Of a stretch of DNA of 64,000 nt, positions 52,801 to 64,000 are shown in pieces. The notes under the pieces were generated by a model. That model was not told where the DNA came from. It saw only the letters and a program-made list of their open reading frames with translations, and searched no databases. The stretch covers positions 8,556,001-8,620,000 of the forward strand of contig NC_092672.1 of assembly GCF_964355755.1 (NCBI RefSeq). The letters are read 5' to 3'. The stretch is from Antedon mediterranea. Taxonomy: Eukaryota > Animalia > Echinodermata. The translations under genes and the position numbers were made by a program. Each line of letters opens with the position of its first letter. Position 1 is the stretch's first letter.

Positions 52801-55800
52801 ATTTTTATCTATGACTTTTATTACATTCTTTACAAAACAACCAAATATTATTTGAATATATTACTTAAAATTTACTTAAAAGGTAAACTTTTGTAGACTA
52901 TTAAAAGTAACAGACTCTGAATATGAGTTGTAATGTTACCTAAGAAAACATATCCGCTTCACTCAAGTTAGCGCCTTGGAAGAAGTGGGACTTCCAGGAA
53001 ATAAGAAATTTCTTTTTAAAGTTTACAATGAGTTCAAGATCGTGTTGTTTATTTTTATCCTATCTTTATTCATTAATATCATTACAGAGTTTATTTTTAG
53101 TAAATCTAAATAAGGTTTATTATTACTAGTTGTAGGATGTTTATGTTAAATATTTATGGTAGAAATAATTAATGTATAAACTTTTATTTGCCTTTTAAAA
53201 AATTGTACCCTTTTTTTTATTTCATATTATCATTTACAAATTATAAAATTGATTTATTATCATTTACATGTTATTGTTATGACAGTCATTCCATCTTTAA
53301 AACCTGAGGAAAAGATTAGTATTACTTTAGAGTTTCCTGTTTTCAGTTTGCCTTTTAAAAGTATAATAATAATTAAAATATAATTTAATAGTAAAATTTA
53401 GGCTGTAAAAAATTCTTCTAAATTTGTAATATATTATATTTGAACCAATTAAGTAACTCGCTCATTTTTTCATACATAACATCTAACAGCCAATTACAGG
53501 ATGGATAAACTATCATGCTTATCTAGTCTCATTTAAGGCTTAGGGAGTATTATGCAGTCGTGTTAGAACCCTTAGACCTTGGGATTGGAAGGCAAGCACT
53601 TTAACCACCAAGTTTGTTACAGCTCCATGCCTCTATTACATTAAATACCTTGAAAATATGAATTTTTCTAACTGATAAGTTTTAATTCTAAGGTTAAATT
53701 CTGTATTTAATTGAGTTGAAAAGATTCAACCTAGAAAACGTCAGCCAAACTGAGATACGGATCAAACGTATCTTTAGATTTCCTGTTTAGCGCACTAATG
53801 ACCCTAAATGACCCCTACACGTAACTATAAATTGTTTTTATTTTCACAGTTTTCAAATATTTTACATGTGTGTTTTATCTTTTATTAATGTTTCATTGAT
53901 AAATGAGTCATCTATTGAATGGTGAATATTAACTAAATTTTTAATATCGTATTTACATTGTTTGTTTATCCAAAATCAGGATCACTTTTTACTTTCATTT
54001 TAAAACTTTTTTGTGAACTCTTTTCCACAAGAAATGTCTTATGTTTTAATACATCTTTTTTATTTTTAATACCTACCAGGATAAATGTTTGCCTATTAAA
54101 GACAGATTTGTGATTTTATCTAGGGCATGAATTTTAAACTTAAGATATCTAAATCTAATCTAAAAAGATCACTAAGATAACAAGATCACTAAGATGCATA
54201 TCTAAGAAACTGTCTAAACGAAATTAGAAATGTCATACATTGAAAATAAAATATTATTTTAACCATATTTTATACAGTTAAATAAAAGTACTAACCTGTT
54301 TCATTTAGGTCCGACCAAACTTGGACTGAAGCATTCTCTTTGCTCTCTCGCTTCCATGGTGTGATCACTTCTTTGAGCTTAGAAAATCTAAGACAAAAAG
54401 AAATTATTTTCAAATTTCAAAATCACATTATATAATAAAATAACAGTTTTTCAGGAGAATGATTGGTTTATGAATTTATAGAATAGAAACACAACCGATT
54501 TAATTTAAGTTTTTCATCATCAAGAACAGAAATGTAATAGAATATAAAGATCATTACACCAACCCTCCTTTCTTCTTTCGTTCTTCACTGTCACTTCTTC
54601 TAGCCTTCTCACTGCCACTGCTCTTGGTGCTACTAGCTCTACTACTGGTTGCACTTGGTGGTGGGTCAGAGGGCATCAGATGCACCCCACTCCCATCAGA
54701 AGACTGCAGGACAGTCACAGCTGCAATTAGTTTCTCTTTATCATATCCTGACACTTTATCAATTGCACCTAAAAAGGAAAAAAAGTTTCCATTACAAAAA
54801 AATAGTGTGAACAAATCAATTTGCAAGGTCTGAGTTTCAGTGTTAATAATTTATTTATTTATTTTATTTATTTCATCAAAACCAACAGCAACGAAAGTTG
54901 CCACTTATGAAACAGAAAACAGATACAATAAATACTTTATATGAAGCAAACTTGAATAAATAAGTAAATAGTAAAAAAGTAGCCTATTGAGCACGATTAT
55001 TAAAAAAAATAATACAATGAGTCTTGAATGAAGAATAACTATTAAAAATTAAAAAAAAATATCAACATTAACATTAGACTCACTTAAAAAGTTATACAAG
55101 GAAGGCAAGCGTGTCTGAAACCCCTTTTCGAGACATTTACTCTATTAAACGGAACATAAAAAGTAGACTTGACTTTGTTTTACAAGAAGGAGCATGTAAA
55201 CTGAAAAGAGAGTAACAGTTGCAACTAAACAAACAATTGACATTCTTATAAAGAAACATTAAATCAGACACACTTCTTCTAAACTTCAAGACCATTATTA
55301 ACAACATCAAAACGTTTACAAAGAAAGAATTATGCTTAATAGATGAAGAACGCATGTTCACGGAGGCTACATAATGTCTAAGAGAAAAGAACAACTTTAG
55401 TTTGAGCATTGACAAAAACTGTATGGACTCATGTTCAGACAATGTAGGCAAGACATTGGCATTAAATAATAATAGTATCAATATTCTCAAATTTATTCTG
55501 TACATGCCACTTTTAGGGTATGACACAATAGCTGATAGGGATCTGTACCACTTTGATCTCACCCTACCTTACACCTGTATTCCCCCAATGGCCAATTTAC
55601 GTGTCCTATGATGCAGTGTTGATATGAACTTTTGTCACCTGGAGGGTTTTCTCATTAATTTTAAAGGGGTTAAAAAACTTTGTTAAATAATGCCTACACC
55701 CATGCCAAGTTTCACTTCACCCCTTCATGAGAAACAGAATGATAGTGGTTACATTTAGGTACACTTTTGTACCTGTAATATTCAGTAAACATGACATAAG

Positions 55801-58800
55801 AAATACCTTGAACTATGGTTGTTTATTTCAATTTCATTGAATTTCCTTTCTGTTATTTGGCACAATTGAACAACTATTAAAATTACTAAATAAAATCTGA
55901 TCAAACAATGGCTTCAATTTAATAATTTTTATGGTAATGATGCCTTCTGTAAATAACAAAGTTGCTTCAATTCTGTAATAGACAGACAGCTCAGAAAGTG
56001 TTTTCTTCCTTTTTGTTTTTTTATTCTAACAATCCACATGGGAGATTTCTTATAAAACTTGATACACATGTGAGTCGGTGACTGTCAAATTCTTTAGTCA
56101 TGTGCAAACACTTTGATACTCTGTTTACTCTGGATGGATGTTTTTCCATATTCTTATGTTGGTAATTTCCCTTCCGATTGATTCATTTAAATGTCCATAT
56201 GCATATTTCCACATGTTGTCCAACTATTTCCTATGGAATGTTACAGTATAAAATCTGCATTGTCTTGCAACAACTGATTCCATTTGTGATCAACAACCGG
56301 AAAATCCTCTAATCGCCATCAGAAACGGTTTACCCCAAACAGAAACTTGCCGGTGAACATTGTCTTTTGTGGTTTTGAAAGTAAATCAACAGGGAACTAA
56401 AACATCATTTTAAACTAAATTGTTTTTTAAATGTTGAATGTGAGTTATGGACAAACAAAAATAAGGAAAAAACAAGTAAATCGGTACCACTTGGCACATC
56501 TGTGACAAGTTTTGGTAGCAATTGGCAGAAGAACTAAATTTGAACTTTGGCATATGTTTAACACAGAACCTCTCAAAGACAGGCGTTAGTTTGACAGTTA
56601 TAATACACTGACACTTCAACCAAACTGATTAATGAAGACTGACCAGTTTATTATAACATGAATAAGAAAATACAAATACGTAAACCATGTAAAAAAAAAC
56701 CGTGCCATTTATCTGAGACAAATTTGAAAATAAATATATACGTTGTGTCTATATGTCCTTTTATTATATTTTTATGTAGAAAAAAATTTCAACATTTTAG
56801 AAATACAATTCAAAAGACAAGTCAATAAATATAATTTTAAGAAATTTTAGAAATAAATTGCAAAAAGTCATCCAGGAAGTACAGGGAACATGAATGAATG
56901 CGAGAAAGACGGCAAAAAGACTTGTCGAGACACAGGTGTTCCTCACAAAACGAAACACGTTCTACAACGCTTCCTTTGTGGCGTCAATGTTTCCAGTTGA
57001 AACTTGTCATTCTACTGCCGAACACCTTGCTAATTTGTTGCAAAGTTTTGGTGTTATTTGTGGAAGATTTTATGTAAACCAGATAATAAATTGAGACAAG
57101 GTTGTCAAAACGCTAATCTGGAAAGTGATCATACACACGATTATTCTAAGAGGTTCTCATTTTTAATAATGGATGATGGATCGCAGATCAATTAAGGTGT
57201 CATATTTCATACTAAATCTATTAAAATAATATGTAGGCGAGGAGTAGAATGATCGTGTCATAAACATGGGGTCAATTGTTTTACAAGTTAAAATTAAAGT
57301 CAAAAAGTAATCTTGTTGCTTTAAGTCAAGTGAAAACTGAAGATGTATTTTGGAAGCTTATCCTTTTTTTTTAAAGAATTTTTTATAAATTTCCAAATAT
57401 ATTTACTAATATTGTGTAAGATAATTTTGTTAATAAACTCTTTCTATGCTATTAAACTATTTTGACAAAAAAAGTGTGATGTGCCCAAATTTGGTAGTGA
57501 TGCCAAAATATGGTCGTGATGCCCAAATATGGTAGTGATATGTCCATATATAGGCACATCACATTTTGTTGTCACATAAAGTTTGATAGTGTAGACAGAG
57601 CTTAAGGTAAACTAAGATACTTTTTGCTAAGAAAGTTTGATAAATCTAACTTAGAATTTCTTCATTACCAAAACAACCCAAAACCATTGAGACATTTCTA
57701 TGCAAAACTCTGAAGATGAAGCAAACTTTACAATTGGCTATTGGTTTGCTTAAATAAAAAAAATGAATACCTAAGTGACCACAAAAGATAAAAATGTAAA
57801 AAATTAACTTACGAGATTGTAAAAACGCACAGTGAAGCATATTAATTTTCTCTGCTGTCCAGCCACAAACAGAGTCCTAATACTAAATAATTAGTATCTG
57901 TACTATTGCATACGTTTTACCAGTACATTACATTTAACCACAATTAGAAAGAATTACTTGGGCGGGGTGGCCTAAAGGGGCAAGGGATATCCAGCTGACA
58001 TAGATACTACAAAAATTAATTCTAAGCAGAGACACTATGCCAAAAGCTAACTGGACTGAAGGTCTTAAGACAAGTTTTATCAATACATTGTGTCAGAATA
58101 ATTAACAAAATTAGTTGGAGATGCTAAGAGGTAAAATAGTTTATTTTATCTGCTTCCCTTCTTAATTACTGCCCATCAACTCATTTGAAGAAATCATGAT
58201 TTATTGGTGAAGAAGTTCCGATGGCTGGATTCTTTTCTTCCTTAACATTTCTTCCTTAACACAACTCAGCAAAAATATTAACATAAATATTCAATTAAGA
58301 AATGAAACAAAGAATACCATTCAGTTAAAAACATATTACAATATCCTAATTTTTACTTCTTAAAAAATCTTTTTGCCATATATTTCTAAAATTTCTTAAA
58401 ATTACATTTATTGTCTTGCTCAAAATTCATTTTAAATTGTATTTCTAAGATTTCTAAAAAATTGAAGATGTTTTTTCTCGCTGAAAAAAGTGATCTTCTT
58501 GCATTGCATTGCTTCAAAATTAAAGATGTAAAAATTACAATTACAATATCATAATTTAATGTGTTCTTTTTATCATAATTTTCAACATCATTTTATTGTT
58601 TATTCTTTATAGTACAGGGACATTTTTGAAAAATGGCCATAATACTACAGCCTCATTTTCTATATTATTTATATTTTAAACTGTGCTATTTTTTCACCAA
58701 TTAAATAGGTAACTTATCACCACTGAATTGGTCCCTATATACACATGTTAATTAATATTGCCTAATTCACAAACACATTTCATGTTTTAACGTATAAATT

Positions 58801-61800
58801 AATCTTCATAACAATTATTAACATTAAAGTCTGTTAAACATCCTACCAAGAACATACTAAGTGAACTAGTTACAATGTTACATGCTAAAATATAATAGCA
58901 ATTAATTAAGTATTAATATTTCTTTCCTGTAAGTGGATATGACAAAAATGCAAGGGGTTAGTTCAGAGCCCCCTTTAATAATTGGTTCCAATTAAACTCC
59001 ATTATGATTAATTGAAATATAAATTAATTTTGACTGTTTATGACTTTAACAAATATGGTTTTGTGTTAACTATTCAGATATAAATATTTCTATGGTTTAC
59101 CAGAGGAATTAAATTAATTGGGAAAATGAAAAAATACATTCAAAACCCTCCGTTGGGAGACCCCTATTGAGGGGACATTCCTATCAAGGAGACACTTTCC
59201 CATGAAATGAACAACGGTCAATATAGTGTTTAATATTAAATATAGCCAACTCCTGTTCAGACACCCCTATATAGTAATTTTCCCATGAAACAATAAAACA
59301 ATAATAATTAATATATATACAATACAATATTGTGTTTAAATTGTATTGTATCTATGTTTCTAAGCTTAAGAAAACAAATTTCATTTATGTAATATTATGT
59401 GACAATAAATTGAATCTTGAATCTATACAATATGTTAACATTGCAGCCAAATCCTATTTAGGCCATCCCATCCTCCCCCATGGACACTTTGTTGGGTTAC
59501 TACTGTAATATCAGGACTAGTTTAAAGAAACAAAACATGGTTCAACAATTGTAAAGATAGTTCACTTAAAACAAGCTTTACTTCAGAAAAGAGAATATTT
59601 AACTCTTTTAATAATTATTTTTTTCCACAATTATCTGGAACGACACGATAACTCAATATTTGAATTTCCAACGAGACCAGACTAAAGAGAATTAAACATA
59701 AAGCTACTTTACTATTAACTTGACTTAACCTAGTTTCTAAAATAAGCACATCTTAAACGTACTGGTTTTACAGACACACAAGTATGTGGTTTTCTGTATT
59801 TTTCAGATACTAAACTGCCATGTAATCTAGAGACATTTAAAATATTTAAAAAATAACCATAAAGGAAACAGTTGAAATCGTTAACCAAAATAACTCATTT
59901 CATCATTTCTCTTAAAAAAAAAAAAATTAAACTGTGTATGCACCACACAGTGTATGTTAGTAAAAAGGTTCATCTGGATCACTGTTACTCCACAAAACAA
60001 ATTAAGAAGTCTTTTAGTTCACCCAAAAGACAAAATAAAAAATGATGACAAATCTGGTGTAATATACCAAGTAAATTGCAACAACTGCGAGAAAGCATAT
60101 ATAGGAGAAACAGCCAGAACCTTATCCACAAGGATAAAAGAACACAAAGCAGATGTCACTTCACATTGTACAGGGATCCTAACACGTTCAGCCAGAAATT
60201 CAGCTTCAGAAATTGTTCACAACTCAGCCATCACCGATTACATGACCACTCACACTCATTTACCAAATTGGAACGTAAAAATACTAGGCACAGAATCGTC
60301 ATGGAAAGACAGGAAAATAAAAGAATCAATAAATATAAGAAAACATGGTAACACTATGAACAGAGATGACGGCGGTTTGGAACTCCCAAAATTGTACAAC
60401 AACTTACTAAAGAGGAGGCCCCGACAATCCCATTTGGGAAAACCTGAACGATCTATAGATGGCACTATACCATATACGAGATCTAATGGTAACAAGTCCA
60501 AGTCACAGAGACTCACTCATGATTAAGCTGCGTCGTTGACCAGCAAAAGCTAGAGTAAAAAACGTAAGTTTACGAATTTTATTCGACTTTGGATCATCCA
60601 AAAGAAAATTTACTTAAAATACACAGTGTATGCATGGAAAGTGCACAAGTTAGAGCCAGTGGAGCAGTAGCCTTCAACAATGAAGTTTAATCCTAAAAGG
60701 AAGAAACTACTACTAAGAATAAAAGTTGTATCATAAAGAGTGAAAAAGAAAACAAAACAACCAATCAAAACTAGCAAATTCTGAGAACTAGGCAAATATT
60801 GACACTTTCTTTATATTTATCACAGAGTCATAAGAATAGGGGAAACCCCATGGCTGGTCAGCCTATGACACTAGACTAGAGGTCAGCATCTACTATATGA
60901 CATTACTGTAGGTATATAGTGAGGATGGAAGGTTACCAAATAGTTTCTGTTGAGCACATACAGACAATACTATACATATTAAAGTAAAAAAGTCCACTTT
61001 TGTTAAGTGTTCCCTAACTCTCTCCATGCTACACATGAGTGTAATGGGTCTTGAAGTTGAAAACACCATTCGTATACATTGTAATTTAGCAAACTTACAT
61101 CAAACTAAACACTTAGTACAATTTAACCAACCCTGTGTAGACCCCTACAATAAATATCAAAACTACCTATTAGCCCCAAATAAAAAATGACCATCAAATC
61201 TTGGCATGATCACAGCCAAATGACATTGAAGTGACAATTATCATAATAATATGCCAAATGAAATCACGAAAGACCTCCAACAGATATGATTTAAAAAAAC
61301 GGAATTTCTTACAAAATTCAAAAGTTGCCAGTTCATTGAATCCTGACATTGTCCGTACGGAACAGACTTCCTACCTATATGAAACACATCCGGAAAAACA
61401 TATGCTTATGTTGAGTATTTATCAAATTTAATTAACTTTTATTGGAATAAATGTTACTGACATTCAGTAAGTAATTAATGTTATTTTGCATCTAGGCGTG
61501 TTATGTTGCACAGGATACTATGACTTGCCCATCTTTGTTATGAACAGTTAATGATTTAATGTAGAAATAAATGACTTTGGCATCCAAGAATGTGTATTAA
61601 AAAAGAGATGGGCTGTTGGATTTGGCAGGTACAACATTTTAGCTTGGGCTCTTTCAGGCACACTGGGAATTTTTCCTGCCTTATTTAAAGTAATTTTTTT
61701 GTAATTTGTCAACTTTTTAACAAACAGGTGTCAGTTTTATCTCTTTATGTATTCAATTGAAATGAACAAATTCATGTCAGTATTATAGTATTAGTACACA

Positions 61801-62580
61801 CAAATTTTAAAACTTTACATCATGTTCAATGAGTTGCTGACTTAATGCGGTTCTGCCATAAAGTCTTCCAAAATTTCCGCCACAGCTCCCCTGCTAATTC
61901 CTTGATGAGGTTCATCCAGGTTTTTCCTATTGCTTGTTAATTTTTTCCAGAGTACCATGTCTTTGTAACTTTTTAATTTAATTGGTTAAATTGCTGATCA
62001 TTTAGTTTCTTAAGGTCTGGATGCTTAATTAATAATATTAGGATGAACATGATAATATTTAATAATATTAAAATTTGGAACAACTACTTACTTATACATT
62101 CTTTTTCTGGGACATTTGCCATTGGATTGTTGATCTCATATATCTTGGCCAGCAGAACTTCAAGATGGTCTCCTTGGATTCCCATAGAATCTAAAACATT
62201 ACAGTATATTAAATATTACTACTACAGTTGAATGTGTATAGATCATAAGATCATACATCGTCATCTAGGTAATGCTAAGTAGCTGTAGGCCTATAGAAAA
62301 CATTCATGTATGTATTTCCATGAATATAATGTATGTTTAATTGTTTACAATATAAACTAATAGATATACATTGCATCAGTTTCAGTTTATAAAGCACAAA
62401 TAAAAACTCTATAAAATATCAATGAAAAGTATCCTAGTCTGGTTGCATTCATAATTTAAAATACTTGAATATTATTATCGACAGTATTTTTTAATTATTA
62501 AACTGTCCATAATAATTTTGTTTACTTACCTAGCAACTGCATGTCGATATTCATCAAGTTCTTTCCAGTCACATGATTTG
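25851..62580 (-). CDS. Multidomain signalling scaffold: SAM, two Ras-association (RA) domains, coiled coil, PDZ, coiled coil, FIP-RBD-like C-terminus; 5'-partial, at least 910 aa
   Basis: In-frame exons: 62580-62530, 62190-62092 (SAM: NHVTGKNLMNIDMQLLDSMGIQGDHLEVLLAKIYEI), 54768-54564, 54387-54296, 42686-42537, 40664-40546 (RA1: SIKVIDMTSSLEVIKLCLEQLNKMEDPRLYGIVEV...RELGYDECPLMVQNNW...FELR), 40113-39954 (RA2: LVNVSLSTPVDEVLALALKKFGMKNADPRLFCLLEV), 38724-38534, 37989-37909, 36531-36424, 35938-35834, 34485-34374, 33938-33809, 32813 (or 32930)-32666, 31450-31263 and 30801-30571 (PDZ: IKKGVNGYGFSF...MKVGDRVFEINGENV), 30235-30034, 28609-28550, 27464-27321, 26467-26331 (KQYLDQLYSLMLDNAPQLL), 25881-25851 (DLSGDEEFC*). 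Confidence 0.85.
26730..26989 (+). mobile_element. Full-length tRNA-derived SINE
   Basis: A box TGGCTTGGTGG, B box GGTTCAAGTCC, LINE-like 3' tail and poly(A). Related heads at about 48876-48990 (+) and about 53540-53630 (-). Confidence 0.8.
27115..27248. mobile_element. Palindromic MITE of about 130 bp (CTCTGTCTACACTATCAAAC...GTTTGATAGTGTAGACAGAGC family)
   Basis: Other copies at about 29003-29121, 34162-34351 and 57446-57602 share the TIRs and the GTGATGTGCCCAAATATGGTAGTGAT core. Confidence 0.8.
27825..28230. mobile_element. 406-bp almost fully palindromic non-autonomous DNA transposon with 6-bp TSD (IS3EU-like)
   Basis: CATATC|TACGGAAGCCCGTTCGGGCCACAAG ... CTTGTGGCCCGAACGGGCTTCCGTA|CATATC. 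Arms are near-identical over most of the length, with internal 21-bp TATCTGGCGGCCGCCACTTAA repeats. Confidence 0.85.
31118..31215. repeat. 21-bp minisatellite, about 4.5 copies
   Basis: Unit AATTTAACTCTGATAGACTGT. Confidence 0.9.
41890..42420. repeat. Degenerate minisatellite, unit about 17 bp
   Basis: Repeated CACTTATTCAACTG(T/C)AA variants. Confidence 0.85.
43914..44320. repeat. 81-bp tandem repeat, 5 near-identical copies plus a diverged sixth at about 44350-44425
   Basis: Unit TGTAAAGTTTGACTCCTTAGGTTATGGAAAAACTATTACATAATTGCTCAATATATCAACGTTGTATTTCTAATGGTCATT. Confidence 0.95.
45063..47243. mobile_element. Non-autonomous TTAA-flanked DNA transposon of about 2.2 kb (Kolobok-like) with an internal 262-bp tandem duplication
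   Basis: TTAA|AGCCCCCTTCCCTACGTTTT ... AAAATTGCAGGGAAGGGGTCT|TTAA. Duplicated units start at 46168 and 46430. A subterminal fragment recurs inverted at about 40215-40270. Confidence 0.75.
51040..51272 (+). mobile_element. Decayed SINE with a conserved central (Nin/Deu-like) domain and L2-type tail
   Basis: GTGTCCTTAGGCAAGACACTTTAC...TGCCTCTCTCCACCCAGGT; tail GTAAAGCTCTT...AGGCGCTATACAAG. Confidence 0.55.
54850..55560 (-). mobile_element. Decayed LINE 3' fragment
   Basis: RRSVSDLMFLYKNVNCLFSC...LFSLHAPS...TRLPSLYN motifs with frameshifts, ending in an (AAAT)n tail near 54850. Confidence 0.65.
59331..59424 (+). mobile_element. Extremely 5'-truncated copy of the LINE at 6389-7168
   Basis: Matches 7076-7167, ends TTGAATCTTGAATCT, and is flanked by ATACAATAT (59322-59330 and 59425-59433). 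Confidence 0.8.
59954..60600 (+). mobile_element. Penelope-like retroelement 3' fragment encoding a GIY-YIG endonuclease
   Basis: ORF 59954-60526: LRSLLVHPKDK...SGVIYQVNCNNCEKAYIGETARTLSTRIKEH...SAITDY...KILGTES...RKIKESINIR...MNRDDG. No RT upstream. Confidence 0.9.
61840..61965 (-). mobile_element. Possible RTE-clade LINE 3' remnant
   Basis: Degenerate AIGKTWMNLIKELAG..LWRKFWKTLW resembles RTE ORF ends. Confidence 0.35.
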
Positions 62581-64000
62581 CTGAAATAAGAGCATAGCAT
62601 TGACATTAGACTCAATGACTATACATACAACATTTAGAATCAATCAATCATATTGGGAATAGATGTTCTTCCTGATCTCTACTTACTATAATAACATTAT
62701 GGTAAGCAAGCAAAGAATTGTATGTACCCTCTAGTTATTTCAATTGAATGTGACTTGTGAATCAAAATCAAATATTCTAGAAGTTTAATAACCAAAACAC
62801 AAACATATACAGTAGAGTAAAATTTTTTTCTTTTTCTCAGATTCAGATTCGATTTATTAAGTCATTCATACTTAATATAATGATAATTGTTTTCTTGGCA
62901 GAAAAATACAAGCAAAATACACACATAATATTTACATTCGTGATCAACTTGGAACAACAACTACTGATCATCTGCCTTATGACAATGTATGTACTTGCTT
63001 TTCTTCATTACTAATTTGTTTCCTTACATTTTTATTTTACCAAAAGAATAAGAATTAAAAGTTACATGGGTAAAGTCTATAAAGAGAGGGTTTGATCATT
63101 TCATCTTTTCATTTTGTATATATTTATATTGGCTCATATTTTATAGTTTAGTTATTTATTTTCAACCTGTTATTGGTGTTTTACACTGTTGGTTTGAAAT
63201 AAAGAATAAAGTAATAATAAAGAATTTAATGATTTTTAAGTGTGACTTTTTCCATTTATTAATTTTTGGAATTTCTTCTATGTCGTTACTATTTGTACCG
63301 CTATTCAAGTATAACATTTTTTTTACTTGACCGACAATTAGGTTGAACTGATTTATGTTTGATTCAATGAATCTTCTGGTAAAAGACAACTGTCGTATGA
63401 TATTTCTTCTACTTTAATTCCACGTCCTTTGTTTTAAAAAAAAAGAGCGGAAGACAATAAAAGCCTGTCAGGTGTCTTGTTAAACCTACAGGTAAAAGTT
63501 TAATCTAATTAATAATGTTTTCCGGAATTAAACAACGATGTAATTCCCACAGGACTTTGAAGTGACAATCACACACAGAAACAATTAAAACGCTTCAAAC
63601 AAAAGATTCTTTTATTGTATTTATGCAAGGTGGCGTGACGATGCAGCATTTAAAGCTTTAATGCAGAAACAAATCAAATAATATCTACAGATTAACCCAG
63701 AAATGGAAAGTACTTGAGACAGTTAAAGTGAAACTAATCGTAGTAATTATTTAACTACAGTTATGGTCATTAGTTTTAATGCTTTCCACTATCGTAGGAA
63801 AATATATTCTCGCGAATATGCTTGCATATTCATATTAAAATCTATTTTTGTCACAGGAAAAACTATGCAAACAAATCATAGCTCAGGAATGTATATTATT
63901 GGAAAACAAGCTTTTAAATATTATATATATTATTATTTAATCTGAATCTAATTTAATCTTCAAAGTTGTTGTCAAGAAAATAGAGGGGAAGGGTGGGAAG

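Overview
AT-rich, intron-containing eukaryotic (animal) genomic DNA. It looks like a marine invertebrate; frequent TAGGCCTA motifs suggest an echinoderm, but that is inference. Most ORFs in the supplied track are spurious or exon read-throughs. Manual splicing on GT-AG sites with consistent phases gives five genes: (1) a + strand M14A procarboxypeptidase, CPA-like, with exon 1 upstream of the window; (2) a - strand two-exon secreted tocopherol-cyclase-like protein; (3) a complete - strand M14A procarboxypeptidase with a divergent specificity pocket; (4) a small three-exon secreted glycoprotein missed by the ORF track; (5) a large - strand scaffold of at least 21 exons with a SAM-RA-RA-coiled coil-PDZ-coiled coil-Rab11/FIP-RBD-like architecture, whose 5' end lies beyond the window. 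Introns and intergenic DNA hold LINE fragments, a Penelope GIY-YIG remnant, tRNA-derived SINEs, several MITE families, a 406-bp palindromic element with a 6-bp TSD, two probable P-element excision footprints and minisatellites.
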